DNA from: Phoronis australis
Taxonomy: Eukaryota; Animalia; Phoronida
Assembly: GCA_002633005.1 (NCBI GenBank)
Contig: NMRA01000016.1
Coordinates: 525,352 to 589,351 of the forward strand
DNA: 64,000 nucleotides
Direction: 5' to 3'
Shown here: piece after piece, positions 1 through 31,501 of the stretch
Layout: the number at the start of each line of letters is the position of its first letter
How positions within the stretch are numbered: position 1 is the stretch's first letter
Program-made: the position numbers and the translations under genes
Notes under the pieces: generated by a model
The model's input: the letters and a program-made list of their open reading frames with translations, nothing else
Told to the model about the DNA's origin: nothing
Database searches by the model: none

Positions 1-11
1 ACAGTACAGAC

Positions 12-1667
12 CATTTTGATCGCCACTTCCTGCCCTGTGCCGATACATTTTGCTCTGTACACGCAAGCGAATCCTCCGCGACCCAGGAGGTTCAAAACCT
101 GGTAACCCTGCAAGCAACAAATCGTTAAACAACTGTCATCGCACGTTTCAAAATTTAGTGTGTGAGTACCAGAAGCCAGTCTCACACGAAAGAAATTTCT
201 GATTTTCAACACACTGTAAAATGTGTCGTCCCCAGCATTTTTGTACTAGTATTCTTCTTACCTCCCATTTACCATTTTTTACAAATAATTCAAAACATGT
301 AACTCGCAAACATTGCATCTTAACCACTTACAGTCAAGTTACCTGAATATCAGACGTTTTGGCAAATTTTGCATTATACTTAATTGGAAATACTACGGGT
401 TGTTGTAAATTCTTTACTGAAATAAAGAATTACCTTTACGGAATTGTTCTGTTACTATATCTAGTCTCCTAAAGCCATATTTAATTTCTGACTGATCTTT
501 ATAAACAGCACAACTAGTAAATCCTCAGGGATCCCAAATATCGGAGACCATGTTTCTGAATACACCACATTGTGGAAAACTGATAAACCAAGTAATTGGT
601 TTAGGTCACCTTGTTGCCAATTTGCAGCTTATGTTTTAATATATTTGTTGCTAGAATACAGCTCTGTTCCCAACAAAATTATCCATAAAATGTAATATGA
701 TGACAGCACTGCATTGTTTCGATGAATCAGTGCAAATGACTAACGCATATGCAATCTCACTGCAGTTCTTAGTGTCTCTTTGTCTTCTTGATATGGCACA
801 CGCGTGTGTAGGGCCAGGGTTTGACTTGAGTTAAAAACAAATGAAAAAATGAAACAGTGGAGCCTGTCAGTTAATTGAGATGATTTCATTGTGGAGAAAG
901 ATTTCGATTTCAACTTTCATAACCGTTTCATGCGATCATCCGTTTTGGACCGACTTGGGGGTCTAAAGTGCACCTTCTCTTGTTGAAATCAAAACGAGAC
1001 AAAGCTATAAAAATGAAAAGGTGCCGGACATTGAATGGATTACAGCAGAACGGAAATTGTTGTATTTTATTTCTCAGATTATACTTCAGGTAAGATTTTA
1101 TAAAAATGTCCTATATTTAGGTCCGTCCGGTATTTAGGTACACTATCAATGAGCTATTTTCCCAGGGCAGTGATTAAGAAAGGTCTTATACTTTTCTCGC
1201 ATGCCTCCTAATCTTATAGGAACAGTGGTGCCACCTGGTATAGATTTTAATACCTTTGGCACACAATTTTACAGTATATTTCGTGAAATCGGTACATTTG
1301 CTATTGTCGCTCTGTCGGCAGTAAACACAAACACACACACTTAAATTACAACAGGACGGTTTTGCTTAAGTTTCAGTGACCTCAGATTCCATACTGATTT
1401 TTTGTGCCCAACCTTTATGTTTCATCACAGTGAGTTGTGTCAGTGGTGATCGAGGAATAGATAGACACAAGGGCCTGATGTCCAGATGAGGTTCAAAAAA
1501 AACTCCAAGTCAAAATCATCAAAAGTCAAAGAGCAAACAAAAGTCAAAACGGATTCACTTCCTTTAAATTAGCAAATCCAGCATCTCTGAGAGCGTCAAA
1601 AAATTTAATTTTGAAATAATCCAATTCTTTGCTGTTCTCTTACCTCAATAGAGTCCTTCATTTGCAT
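12..1667 (-). CDS. PLK4: Polo-like kinase 4, 5' part (coding exons 1667-1644 and 107-12; continues beyond the window start)
   Basis: Exon 1 MQMKDSIE|GTAAGA. Exon 2 (96 nt, TTGCAG acceptor, GT donor) [32 protein letters not shown] has the kinase Gly-loop and VAIK and closely resembles the PLK4 N-terminus (NLLGKGSFAGVYRA...EVAIKM). Confidence 0.85.
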
Positions 1668-19230
<17,563 letters not shown>

Positions 19231-21122
19231 TATGCTGGGACAATGAAGAACTATAGATATTTATGAGTAGCCATCATTGGATGACAGGCCAGGCAGAGAT
19301 AATAATGTCTTATTGATGCTGTCATTATTGTTGTTTGGGGAATCGCACAGACTGATGGACAGTATGAGGACTGAGTATTAGGCGTGAAAACTATCACGAA
19401 AGATTGGTGTCTGATAAAGTTGAGGTATCACTTGGTGCCATTAAGTTTACAGGGAGTCTTGGGAAAGTGTCTATAGGAAGCCTGCACGTTTGGGAATGTT
19501 CTTTTTATGGAGTGAAGGGTAGTCCTGCAGTATTTAGCATTCGGGTTTGGTGTGGAGGTAAGTGGCACCACAGGAGCCTTGATCACTCATATTTGAAGCC
19601 GAATATCAGCCTTATTCTCATCTTAACACATTAAAATATCACACGAAGCTCACCTCAACAGGTCTGACTACTCCCCCAAATAACAAATCTTCCTCTCCAG
19701 GTTACATTCAGTTTCTGCCAAACCTCAGAAACTGCAAGTGACGAATCTCGTGCCTAGAATGTGCGTTCTGAAATGGGGTATGAACTAGATGTTGACAAGA
19801 GCAGGGGTGATTGCACAGCTTTGATTTAGGAGAGGGGGAGGGGTTTAGAATAAAGGGTGAGCTTGGGGGATATTGGCGGCTTTCCCACACTGGAAAAAAT
19901 TCCCCTATCAGAGGGTACAGAACCTGCTCCCAAAAGTGATCAACAAATCAACAACCCCGTTAGGAGTTGTCATTCTTTCAATGTGGCTATTGCTGTTGTT
20001 ACGTGCAATTTCCTAAAGATACTCTGGCTCATCCTGGTGAGATTTCTTGTCGGCTTTTTTCTACAATACTGGAGACTTTCAAGAAAATTTTGCTATGAAT
20101 AGTTGAGATTATGTGTTCGTTATCGACTAAAAATTCCAGTTTGAAGGAGGCACATACTAAAACCTTAAGTCTATGATACCTCATACATCAATGTGAGATT
20201 GAAGGTAATGCACTGTTCATGAGATTGTGCGATTCAGATTCTTTGCTCTGTCATGTGTTATCCGAAGTATAGAGCAAGAGTTGGGTAATGTCTGTCCTTA
20301 ATTTCGGTTTGCCTTGTGTTGAACACCACATGTGAATCTGCACCTTGCCTGCTATGGTTACTGCCATGTCTTGTGTACCTATTTTCAGGCTTTGTTCCTA
20401 AGGGTCATATTTAAACATTTTTGGCTAGTATGCACCAACCAATCAACAACAATTGTATTTTTCTACACATACATGTACATGTGGGTTATGGACAGCACCA
20501 ATACTGAATAGGGGAGGTTACCTTTGACTACAAACATACTACGAAATCGCAACAGATTTTGGCATTGTCTTATTTTGGAATTTCTAATGTGCATGTTTGT
20601 ATTTGCCTATAGGTAAGCTTTACGGAAAACTTTTGCAGAATGCACGTTATAAGTTAATGTTTTACTTGTCAAACATTTTTGTAGTTGCTTGTGTATATAA
20701 GATGGACATGTATATAATTTCTGATTTACACCTAGTCTCTAATTAAGAAATGTTAAATGCCGAATGTTACAGCCAGTGTTTTGTTGCACTGTAAATGACA
20801 CTGCTTGATAGGTAGCAGCAATTCATAGGCTATGTTTAGCGTCAGAGTTTAGTATTTAATGTTCATTGTTTTGTTCATTGTTGTCCTGTTCTGTCAGACA
20901 AGCCAAAATATCGGTGTTGTTTAAATGCAAAGTGACTGTCAGTTAGATTCTGAGTACACAGGGAAAATGTACTTGTGATAAACTTACTTCCAAACATTTT
21001 GGTTCAAAACTTCCCTTTAGAAATTCTCTTTTTCGCTCTATTTAATTTAGAAATGTCATAGAACAAATTGCACAGCAATTGTTCCCTTATAGTGGTCTTT
21101 GAACGTGACTTCATTTTTTCAA

Positions 21123-21128
21123 AATAAA
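21123..21128 (+). terminator. Candidate polyadenylation signal of HSP110 (3'UTR about 1.9 kb)
   Basis: AATAAA followed by a GT/T-rich downstream tract; first AATAAA in the UTR (about 19849) is an alternative. Confidence 0.5.
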
Positions 21129-23949
21129 TACTTATATATCATTTGTCAGTTTAGTTTTCGTGGGCATTATACAGTCACCCCTGTCTGACGTCCGTTCGGC
21201 CTCTACTGTTCCCATTAGAGATCAGCGTCACAAGTGAATTTTTGAATGGATTCGACTACCACTGTTGGCCTTTTATGCAATTTTAGTTTTTATGCATTCT
21301 ATAACCACCAAGTTGCTTGAGGGATTTTCATGCAATTTGGAAAATAGGTTGCTATTGTGTAGACCACATCTTCTCATTTTCTAATGGTCACATTCATTAC
21401 TTTTGCGTGTTTTTTTTTCGTGTCTGCCTCTCTCTCCGACAACCACTTCAAGGTTAATTATGAAATATCACAGAGGTTCCCGCTAACATTATCACGACTG
21501 GCGTTGATTTTCGGACGAGTCGGTCTACTGTGGCGCCCCCTAGTAGCAATTTAGCTTATCTTAGGGTCTGTCACTATATCTACATAGTCCCTTGGTGGAT
21601 TTTTATGAAACAAGGCGATACAGTCTCTAGTTAGTCTCCTGCACAGACCCACGAGATTGATTGGGGTCTGCTTCCGTTTTAGGGTTAGTGCTGCGCCCCT
21701 AGTGGCAATTTTTGCGTATTTCAACCATTTGCGCTGCTTATGTTGAATTTGAGGTGGTACACAAACATAATCGCCACCAAAGTGAATGACCCTGAAATTC
21801 AAATTTTTGTTATTGAAAAAATACATGCTTACATTGATGTACGAAATGTTGCTTTCTAATGATGAGAGATGTTCTCATGGAGTCTGCATTGGAGACCGAC
21901 AATGACGGGAAGACGTAAACCACTGATGTTGGACGCCGCGTTTTGTAGACTAAGACTTTATCTAGTGGTTAAAAATCTTGGTCAATTTTCTGAATAATGT
22001 TTCACAAATCCTTGAAGTGAACACAGATCGCACTAAACACTGACCCATCTAGCCTGTGTCGCGAGGAGGAACCGACTCCAAGGACCCAAGGACAAACTTT
22101 GAGGTAGCCCTAATGGAGGTGTGCCGTCACTGCTTTTCCTCGTGGTGGGCTCTCTCACCAAAAATCCGCCAACGAATAGCTACGTTGCACCGCACATCTT
22201 AAAACAAAGGAAATTGCCAACAAGAGGAAAACAGTGATAACAATTTGGAAGTAAACATACGTCAGGAGGCAGAAGAAACAAATTTTAAACAGTCAATTTG
22301 GCGGATATCGGACCTGTAGCGGATTTTTGTATCACCAATAATTTCCTAATAATTCGCCCACTTTCAGGAAAACAGTGTGATTGTGAGTTTTTATAGTGCA
22401 AAGATAAAACCCGATGTGGTTCGTAGAGAAAAATACTTGTGTTCAGTATGATGTATTAAAAGCTTCTGGTGTGAAAGTATAAAAATGGTACATATAACTT
22501 GCAAGTGAACCTATTCGACCAATCAGAATGTGCGCCAAATACAAAACTAACCAATGGGGAAGAATAGCTTGGGCTGGGATGATTTGTAAATATATGTCAA
22601 GAGTTAACAATAATAAGTCTTAACTTAACATGTACAGGAAATACCTAAACTAATAAACCATGAAAAAAGGTCACAAACACATTCCAATAGTGATCTACAA
22701 CATGTAACTCTCTCACCTTTTTCTTGTGGTGATGGGGTATAGTAGCTTTCAACGCTTAGATGTTTGTATCCCCATTTGGAAATTGCTAATGCAGTGTCTA
22801 AAATATTTAAAATGATAACAGTATATTTCGAAGGATTCTACGTAAAAGATTCCCCTCTACAAAACTTTTCTTTTTTCAATTATATTTAAAATATAAATAT
22901 ATTATTCACAGAAGCATATTCCACTAAAAATTTTTATTAGAAGCATTTGTTTGCTTACCGCTGCGTCCTTTTATCAGTGAAGGCTACGTCTCAGTTTGAA
23001 GGGTAAAATTTTGACTATTAAGTAAAAATCATTACCTCACATTAAAGAAACGGCTGAAGTTCATTTTTGACTTAAGTTTAAGATCTGTCTTAATTTCCAA
23101 TCTTTGAAACTTCCAAATTCGGTAAGTAAGTCAAAATTAAGACAAAACTTATGTCAAACACTTAACTCAAACTTAAGATCTCTTTTTTGAATTGGTCTTG
23201 AGACAAATTTAACTTTTATTTTAAAATTTGCAAAAAAATTAAGATTTGTCTTGGCTAAGACAGTTTTGTTGGAACGGGCCCATGGGCTCCATGTGCCATC
23301 GCCATCGTCTTCGTCGTAACAACTCAAAAATCGACCTATTCACGACAAAAATATTTTTTTTACATTCACATGACTGATGGTAAGAAAATTTCATGGGTTT
23401 CACATTGATAAGTTATTCCCTGCCTCAGCATTTGGAAAGGTGTTTGCACTTAGCACGAACCTGTAAGTTTATTTCAAGTTAATCTGCACCCCTTTGTGAA
23501 CACGCCTATAAGCGCCTTGGAACAATGGTCATTATGTGCCGTCCAAGTCGTTGACTGTATTCATTGAAGGCGTTCTTTAATTGCAAAACTCCAGGCGCCA
23601 CGCCGCTCACCACATGTTTTAATCCGACTTCGCTTCGTTTCGTTCGTGTGTTCAGCCACGCTGAGATGCAAAAGGCGGCGCATTTATTGAATCCTTTGAG
23701 TTAGCAATAGGCTTTGTAACATGGTCAGTTTCACGGTACGCCAAATTAATGATCCCTTGAATGGATGTTACGTAACTGTCGAAGCATCACGGACAGTTGC
23801 ATTCTGGGCTGGGCGTGAGCCAATCATAACAAAGTTTATTCGAATTTCGCGTTTCGCTCACGTGGTCTTGCTTGTGATTGTTGTCTGCAGAAAGTTTGCA
23901 TCGGAATTCGTGTCCTGCTGTATTCTCGCCGAAATAAACTTGCAGAAGT

Positions 23950-26900
23950 ATGAACAAGTCTCCTGTCATGCAAGGCGTTAAGAGTTGCTCTGGTGTATCG
24001 GGGAATGTTTCATTCTCGGCTTGTGGTAGAGGAAAGGCATTAACCATGGCACTAACTAAATCTCCCAGCTGTACCGATGCGACGAAAACGCAAGTGAGCG
24101 TGGGAACCCCAAGTCCTGTTTCCGTTTCGCCTGTCTCGGAGAAATCATTCACATTCGATGCTGAGTTTAGTGTGAGTATCTGTCAACTTCTATTCTACAA
24201 TACTTGCTCCCCAATAATCTGCCGCTCTAGGATCGACGACAAACGGTTCCATGATTTCTGATGTTTATACTTTTTCAGAATTTGTCACGTGGAACTTTGA
24301 ATTGCAGTGATAAGGTAAGACATGACAATCACAATTTTATATCTTTACTCAATCAGTCGGTCTGAGCACACTCTTTATCAAGTAGCATATAAAGAGATTT
24401 TTTTAAATAATTGCAACTTGCTGTATGTTGTCGGCTTGTAATCTTCGCAGGCCTACTCCGCCCTACTCGTTACTTGGTTCTTTTGTCAGGTCAACATTTA
24501 GTTTATTTTCCGAGGCCAAAGCCAGTTAAAATTAGGACAGTAGGCCTAAGTGCACATCTTTACTTTGAGACTTGATTTAATAAAAAATTCATTGCCAGTA
24601 CGTGGAATTCGAAAAGACATTTATCAGGGCTTGGAATGTTCATCTTTTAAGAGGATTTCCACTTTTCATTTCCTGTTATTTGATTTCCTCTTTTTTGATT
24701 TCCAGTTTTCTCTTTTTTCGTCTCTTTTTATTTGACTTTATTCATGCAAAAACGTTTCTTTCAGTTAAACTTTTCTACATAAGCCACCTGGAAAGTTTTT
24801 CTATTTTTTTCATTGGTCATTCCAAGGCCTGGTTTATTTGGTTGACTTTTCGTGCAAGAAGTTCCAAGTTGAAGTACCAGTCACATGGGGGAATCATTGT
24901 TCACTGAAATATTAGCATGTGGCATTCCTTTTGGTACACCACAGCAGGTGACATGTATCACTGTCTCCATCTTGTTAATCATGTTGTTGACCACTACAAT
25001 CAAATTTCACTGTTGTAAACCAGACCAGGCAGTAATTGACCTGTGTATGGTCAGGCCTCACACACACAGGTTATTATGTAATATTGGAGCACTTTCAATC
25101 TGCTTGATTTATTTGGCCTAAAGTGTGTCCAAGCAGATGACTATAGAAAGCCAAAGTGGAAAGGAATCCAGAACACCAAATTTGTGGTTCTGCTAAATCT
25201 TTCGCTACATGAATACATTTCGTATTTGAAGTTCCCCGAGAATGAAGATAAAGTATTTTGGTAGGCATGTGTGAAATATTGCAAAAATGGTCAATTTTTG
25301 TGAATAAGGTTTGAGATATCGTGAAATGTCTCCCATAAGTCCCATTGGTTTAGATAACCAGTCATCAGCAAAACTGAAACTTAAATGAACCCCACAAATT
25401 TTGACTGTAAATCTTAAGTTTTGAAGCATCTACCTTTTACAAATCAAGACAATTAGTTGGAACCATTGAGTGTGCTTCTTACTTTAAAGTTTGAAAACAA
25501 AATTGGCAAAAGCATTGGCATTTTGCTATCCATCTGATGTCAAAAGCTACTAAGTAGTCTACCAACAAATATGTAGAAAAATAAATGTCTTAATGTGGAA
25601 ATATCGTAAATTCTGTTTGCTCTAACCCGTACTAAGTAATAAAATTTTCTGAAAGGTGAATAAATGTTCTAGCATAATTCATTGTTCTTATTTACTTGTT
25701 TTTATTTTTTTTCATGAGATATGCATTTTTTGGTAAATTTTGAACAGAGATTTTAAAAATTGTTCTTCCAATCATATTGGTCTTTTGTCGACATGTTGAT
25801 ATCGGCATTTTTGAGGTAGTCGTGTCTCATATTTTTGAAATCAAGGTCTAGTTTTTCGGAACAAAGTCTTCAAATATCAAGAGTGTGGCCGTTTTTTGCT
25901 CAAAATGCTCTAAAAAGTCGATAATTAAAAAATTTAAGACCTAGTGGTGTTGTTATGGCGTCTTCTTTAACCTGTTGAAAGAGTTTTGTGAAATCTGGCA
26001 GATTTGTTGCTGTGGAAGTGACGTCAGCTGATAACAAGTTTCGGACTAATCAAAATGTTGCCGTGCCCCTAGAGGCAATTTTGTATGTTTGTTAATTTTG
26101 TATTGAGGAGAGGACGTTTTACGTTTTTCTTATTGGGTCCACGTATTCTTTGCCATATAGTGGAAATTTTTATGACACAATTTAACACCCCTAGAATCTT
26201 GCCATTTGCATGCATAATAAGCTTCACATCACTCCCATTTAAGTTTGTGGACTTTAAAATGGCCCTTTTTGTGCATAAGTGGCCATTTCTTGTTGACATG
26301 TGATGCTTAATATGTTAAATGGCACCAAAACAACTGACAAAATTTATAATCGTACAGATTTTTTTTGCCTATGTGCCAGTGTTACTGCATTTTCTTGTCA
26401 CCATGCCGTACACAAAATTGGGCCCCTGTTCCTAACTAGAATGATGAAAACATTCCACTGTGGTTAGCTGGCACATGACCCAGTATCTTTGTACTACTTT
26501 GGTATCAACTGCAGCAACAGTGGAACTATCAAGATTATTATTTGGTTCAGTTTCATAGTCTAGGTTTTGCTCAACGTTTGGTTGCCATTCTCTTTGGAAA
26601 TGGGTAGCAACTTCGAACTTCTGAATTGCTCTAAAAATCGAACATTTGTCAAAGAAAAACTACATACATTATAGTAATCATTACTGTGACATGTGCTCAT
26701 CGACAGGTTTTAGGTCATTTCAAAGACGCTGGTTTGCGTCATAACTATTGGAAAATCAAGTTTCCAAAAAAGCACCCATTCTCAAAAAAGCACCCTTTGT
26801 GCTTTTTTGGAAATCCCTGGTGCATTTGTTTCAAATGAATCCAAGTTATTTTCAGGATCAAGGGATAAAATGATAAATTATCCAAATACTCCATGTACAA

Positions 26901-28043
26901 TGGCCAGTCTGAAAAAATGTTCAGATGTCATTGTTTACTTGACTTGCAACACTCTCAAGGTTTCAGCTGCACCTTTACAAGTGTTATATACAACACTGTC
27001 CAACAAAAGGTTACTCTGCTCAAATTGTACCACCCTGTTGCACTTGGTGTTTATTGATGGATCACTCATGTAGGTGATGTAACTGTTTTGATGTATTGTT
27101 TCTGTTGTGCCCTAAGTGATGTTAAATTTTACTCCCTGTCCAACTGCATTTAATTGTAACATTTTCACTTGAACTCCAATTGTTCTCAAGATGCTAGTTC
27201 TTCATTATTGCGCCGCATTTTTTCACCAACCCTTTTTGTTTTACTCTGATATAAGACATAGGAAGGCATCTGGAGTTATGGAGATGCAATGTATCAGAGT
27301 GCCTGTACTGCAAACTATTGGTGATGTGGGCGAGGGCTTGTGAAGATTAGTTTGGTGGTGGTGATGGAGTTGTGTCCATGTCAATGTTTTGATAATGCCC
27401 ATATGTGTGGTTTGTGAGGGAGGGAATAGTTACAGGCTACAGTTGTTACCCTGATAAGATGTCGTGAATGTCATTTTTTCACTTCTAAACCAGTCCATAT
27501 GGCTGACAAGTGAAAGTCTATTTTGTCCAATTTCTCCACAGAAATAACAATTGAACATTTTTGTCTATTACTAGCATGGTTTGTAATGTACTGTGTATAT
27601 GGTAGTTTTTCTAATGATTTGCAGTTGTCATCAGCCTGTGAAAATGGAAAAATGATGACTGGTAATTATTTTTGTGCGAAATAATCGAAGCATTACTGTA
27701 AGAGGTACACCTGAAGTATCAAGTCATGCGTCTCACTTCGCGGTAATTGAATCAGTGACTTTTAGTGTTACTCTACGTATCACCTGGCTTCTTCTGTTTT
27801 TACAGGTGCAAGTGTCTCGGGACATTGTCTCACCTGCTTTGTGTCTTGCTGTTTCAGATGTACGAAGACTATTTAGAACAGTGTGTGTGTAACAGGAAGC
27901 CTGTGATGGTGCTGTGCCGAGCGTGTGGCTACACGTTTGCAGGACGTGTACGCAAGACCTGCCCATGTCACCCAAAGGTCATCCTGCTCATGGACAACAC
28001 CACCTGCCCCATGTGCAAGGCAGTAACGCTGCAGGAGTTCTGA
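23950..28043 (+). CDS. Uncharacterised small Cys/His zinc-binding protein, copy A (about 147 aa; resembles insect CG13380-like proteins)
   Basis: Phase-0 exons 23950-24171 (alternative start accATGg at 24046), 24279-24314 and 27858-28043. Ser/Pro-rich N-terminus plus CVCNRKPVMVLCRACGYTFAGRVRKTCPCHPKVILLMDNTTCPMC. The domain is independently conserved in a paralogue at 32037-32258. Confidence 0.75.
24625..24831. mobile_element. Non-autonomous TIR element, CAGGGCTTGGAAT family
   Basis: Same TIRs; flanks ATTTAT/GTTTAT (5/6); body resembles 8231-8461. Confidence 0.8.
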
Positions 28044-29650
28044 GATTGATGTCTCTCTCTATGATGTTGCAGATGGCAGTGGACAGTTTTAACTTATTGA
28101 CTGTATGTTGTCCTGTGCTCATGTTGTGCTTTGCTGCTCTGGTGACTATTGCGGCCCTCTGCTTTGCCAGGAATCGGTCCAAGATGCGACTTCTCAGTTG
28201 ACCTGCTGTGAAACTGATAAACTGGTATTCGTTTCTGTAAAGTAACCAAAACATTTTTGAAGTACTTCGTTGACAATTTGACTGTTCCCATCATCATTTC
28301 TCACTGTCCACCTCCAGGTGGCACTCTTTTTCATGATTTGGAAAGCAGTACCTTCCCTTGTTTTAGCCCATGAGACCTTTTTATGCACCCTATGTATACT
28401 TATGTAGGTGCATGTTGCTGTCATTTCTGTCTATGCGTCCAGTTGCTGTATCTCCTGTACCATGCAGGACAAGTGATACAGCTGATGCTTTCCTATGAAG
28501 CTGACAACAGGTGGCGTTTTTCACACTATTCCAACTACCACTCCGTCATCTTATTTTTTATGTTTGCCTCTGTTCTGTACCCTTGGAGTTCCAGAATGTA
28601 TGTTCCTGGAATTTAGCAAACAAGTTTCTATTCAGAAGATGGCAATGCCTTCCCATCAGTGGTTCATCCAGGATTTGAAAAATAGGGCCTTCAAAATTGG
28701 TTTCACTATTTCTCAGGCATCCATGATAATAATCATCATGACAGTGTTTTTATGATCCCGAGTCATATTGCTGTTCTCTTTTGGAAATTTGCTACTATAT
28801 TCCTATTAACCTCACAACACATGGTCTGATCTGACTACTGCTTCGCCTCTTTAAGGGCAATTTTGTTTTTTCATGTTTGCATCTGTGTCATTGGGGCTCC
28901 TTGAGGGATTTTGATGAAATTTGGCTAGTAGTCTTCTGTTTCGGAGGCAGCCACAGGTTCCCATTTTTTCGATGGGTTTGACCTTTTGTGTGCCATATAA
29001 GGACCTAGATGCATACTGTTTGCTGTACAGTCGTGAGTGCATTTCGAGGCTCAAGCCTCGCTCGATCTTGTTGTTTTCTTGACCTCTTTCTTTTTGGCAT
29101 GAACAGAACCTGTTTCAGGGACATGAGCATCGAAATAAAGTCAGTCATCCACAAAGCCTTCCTAAGCTCCTGTCCTGTATTCTATCCACCAGAGGGCGCT
29201 CCATCGTACCAGAAATTCATGAACTCACCTTTCTCCTTTTATTGGTAAATCTTTTAGAGCCAAATTCATTGCTTTCTATAGTTTATAAGTAAGTTTTAAC
29301 ATCTGACTTGTTGTTATGGAATATGTCCGTTTTTCCCTGCAAATGTTTGGGCATTTCCTTGTATGCCAACTGGCAGGAGGTAAGTTGTGGTAGGGTACTA
29401 GCGAGGCAAAAATTACATATTCCCAGTGTTTCAGCCTGAAGCGTACTGGATGTGGTTGTTGGGAGTAGTCAAATTGTTAAATATCCTTTAGATGTTGACA
29501 CTCATTGCTAAAAGTTATCCCAGTTGAACTTTGTGTGTTTTTATCTCATCTTGTCTGTGAATGTGAAAATTAAGGTTTCCTTTCCAATCTAATTGATGTC
29601 ATCCGAATTGAGGACCTGAGGTCAAATGGTTGCACTACAAATCGGAATGA

Positions 29651-29656
29651 AATAAA
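29651..29656 (+). terminator. Candidate polyadenylation signal of zinc-binding gene A
   Basis: AATAAA about 1.6 kb after the stop; other AATAAA at about 29134 and 30385. Confidence 0.35.
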
Positions 29657-31501
29657 AAATTTTTGCCATTCCCCTTCCTGGTTTTGAGTGATCTCAAGAT
29701 AAGTATTGCATTATTCTCTGTTCTAGCACATTATAGTTTTAAGTGCATGGGTTTATGATGACCTCTCCGTTAGGGCTCCAAACTCCTGTGAAAACTCGGA
29801 AGTTTCGAGTGAGTCCCCCACTTTTTCCAGTGCTGTGTAGCCCACGGTCTATAGGCGATGCACCACAGAAGAGCCAGGGGGCTTTCGCGCCTCCACTTTT
29901 TTCAATGCTGCACCCCGGCCCCCATGAATGTGCAAACTAGAATTGTATATACGATTTAGCTCAACAGCAGAACGGAAAATGGCGAACATTACTTTGAGTT
30001 GGATACAGACATTGGGCCCTGGATTTTTTAAGCAACTGCATAAATTACGCCAGTATGAGAAATTCAGCAGTGGGTATGCAAGTTTTCAATTTCTGGATTG
30101 CATTTTCAGTTTTGCAATATCAAAATTTCATAATCCTATTTTTTTACTTTTGGCATTTACTTCTGTTCACACGAGAGCTGGTTTTTGCAAATGCCCTCTA
30201 TTTTGGATTAATTCAAGCACTGGTGAAGGGAATTGGCTATAGAATTTACACATTCTAGAGAAGGTGAGATGATCGATTTTGGTGACAATTGAAAACTGAG
30301 TGCGCTTGTCTCCATGTTTCAACCTGGTTGTGTTGTTTTGTTGTACAGATTTGATATGACCTCACGATGTGATTTTTTTATTTAAATAAAAACCGTTTGA
30401 TATAAGCATCCCAATATGTGTGCAAGTTGTTCCCATTGGAAATCCGTTTCTCACCGAGTGATCTACGTCTCGAGTTGGGATGGTGGAATGAGACACCGAT
30501 GAAAAAATTGGTCACGTGTATTTCCTGTTGGAATTGTCTTGGGGGGAGGGTGTTGTTATACGGTACATTGCATAAGCAAGCAACGTGGTTCGTATCGAAG
30601 CGCCTGTAAACCGCGTTCCGTCCAAAAAGCGAACTTTTGACTTAGACCACTGATGCACCGCTATGAAATGACGCGAGACCTCGCTACGCCCTCTCATAGG
30701 ATCCCTGAGTACTATTTAGCCTGTGGTGAAGAGAAATTGGTATCGACTCGTCCTCTGATGAGAAACGATTTCTAGGTCTGGAAATAGCTGACAATTTGTT
30801 ATGATTTGACACCGTCGTCTGCATAAAAATGACACGCCGTGACACGACAGCTTGCAGTTGCAGAGCCTGTTCTTCAGTTCTCTGGAAGCCCTGATATTAC
30901 TTAGAATTTGACTATTAAGCAATAATCCGAGAACAGTTTCCCAACGATAAATGATCTGAACCAAATTGTTTTGTGACGGAATTAGGCAGTTTTATAGCCG
31001 GTTCGATGAGCGCAAAAATAGCGGCACATCCTTTCTTCAAAACGACAATGTAACTGATTGCAAGGTGAATCAAGTTACTTACAAACTACTTGGCAGTCCA
31101 TTATTGTGGACTTGATGTGTCGTGTTGAAGAGTGCGACGTAGCGCAGCTCAAACCAGCCAGCTCATCGCTTGGGTGTTGGTCGCTATGTACAACGTATCG
31201 CAGCCACCGCCAATTCATTCAGTTGAAGATTTGAATTATTAATCCCATCACAGGGTTTCCCCTGCAGTATCCGCCCTTTGGTAATTTATTGTCTGGCCAT
31301 CTTATCAGGATACTAAACCCTGATTTAGCCAATGAGGGGTTCTAACTTCACCCAGACAATTTAAACAAAGTAGTGGACTATAACAACCACCCTAAAAAAT
31401 TGTGAGAAGTACCGGTATGATAAATCTGCAAGCGTGACTAATGATTTTGGAAACATAGCTCGACTGATTCGCTTTGCGACGCGGTGAGGACGTTTTTTCA
31501 G

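Noticed and set aside
21679-21688. TTAGGGTTAG telomere/telomerase-template-like motif
   Set aside because: Single short occurrence inside repeat-like DNA with no supporting pseudoknot or CR4/5 structure.
28041-28049. TGA read-through/selenocysteine in zinc gene A
   Set aside because: A second in-frame TGA follows after one codon and no SECIS was recognisable.
30750-30780. CTGATGA-GAAAC hammerhead-like core (other CTGATGA at about 2346, 50646, 53513)
   Set aside because: No stem II between CUGAUGA and GAAA and no consistent stems I and III.
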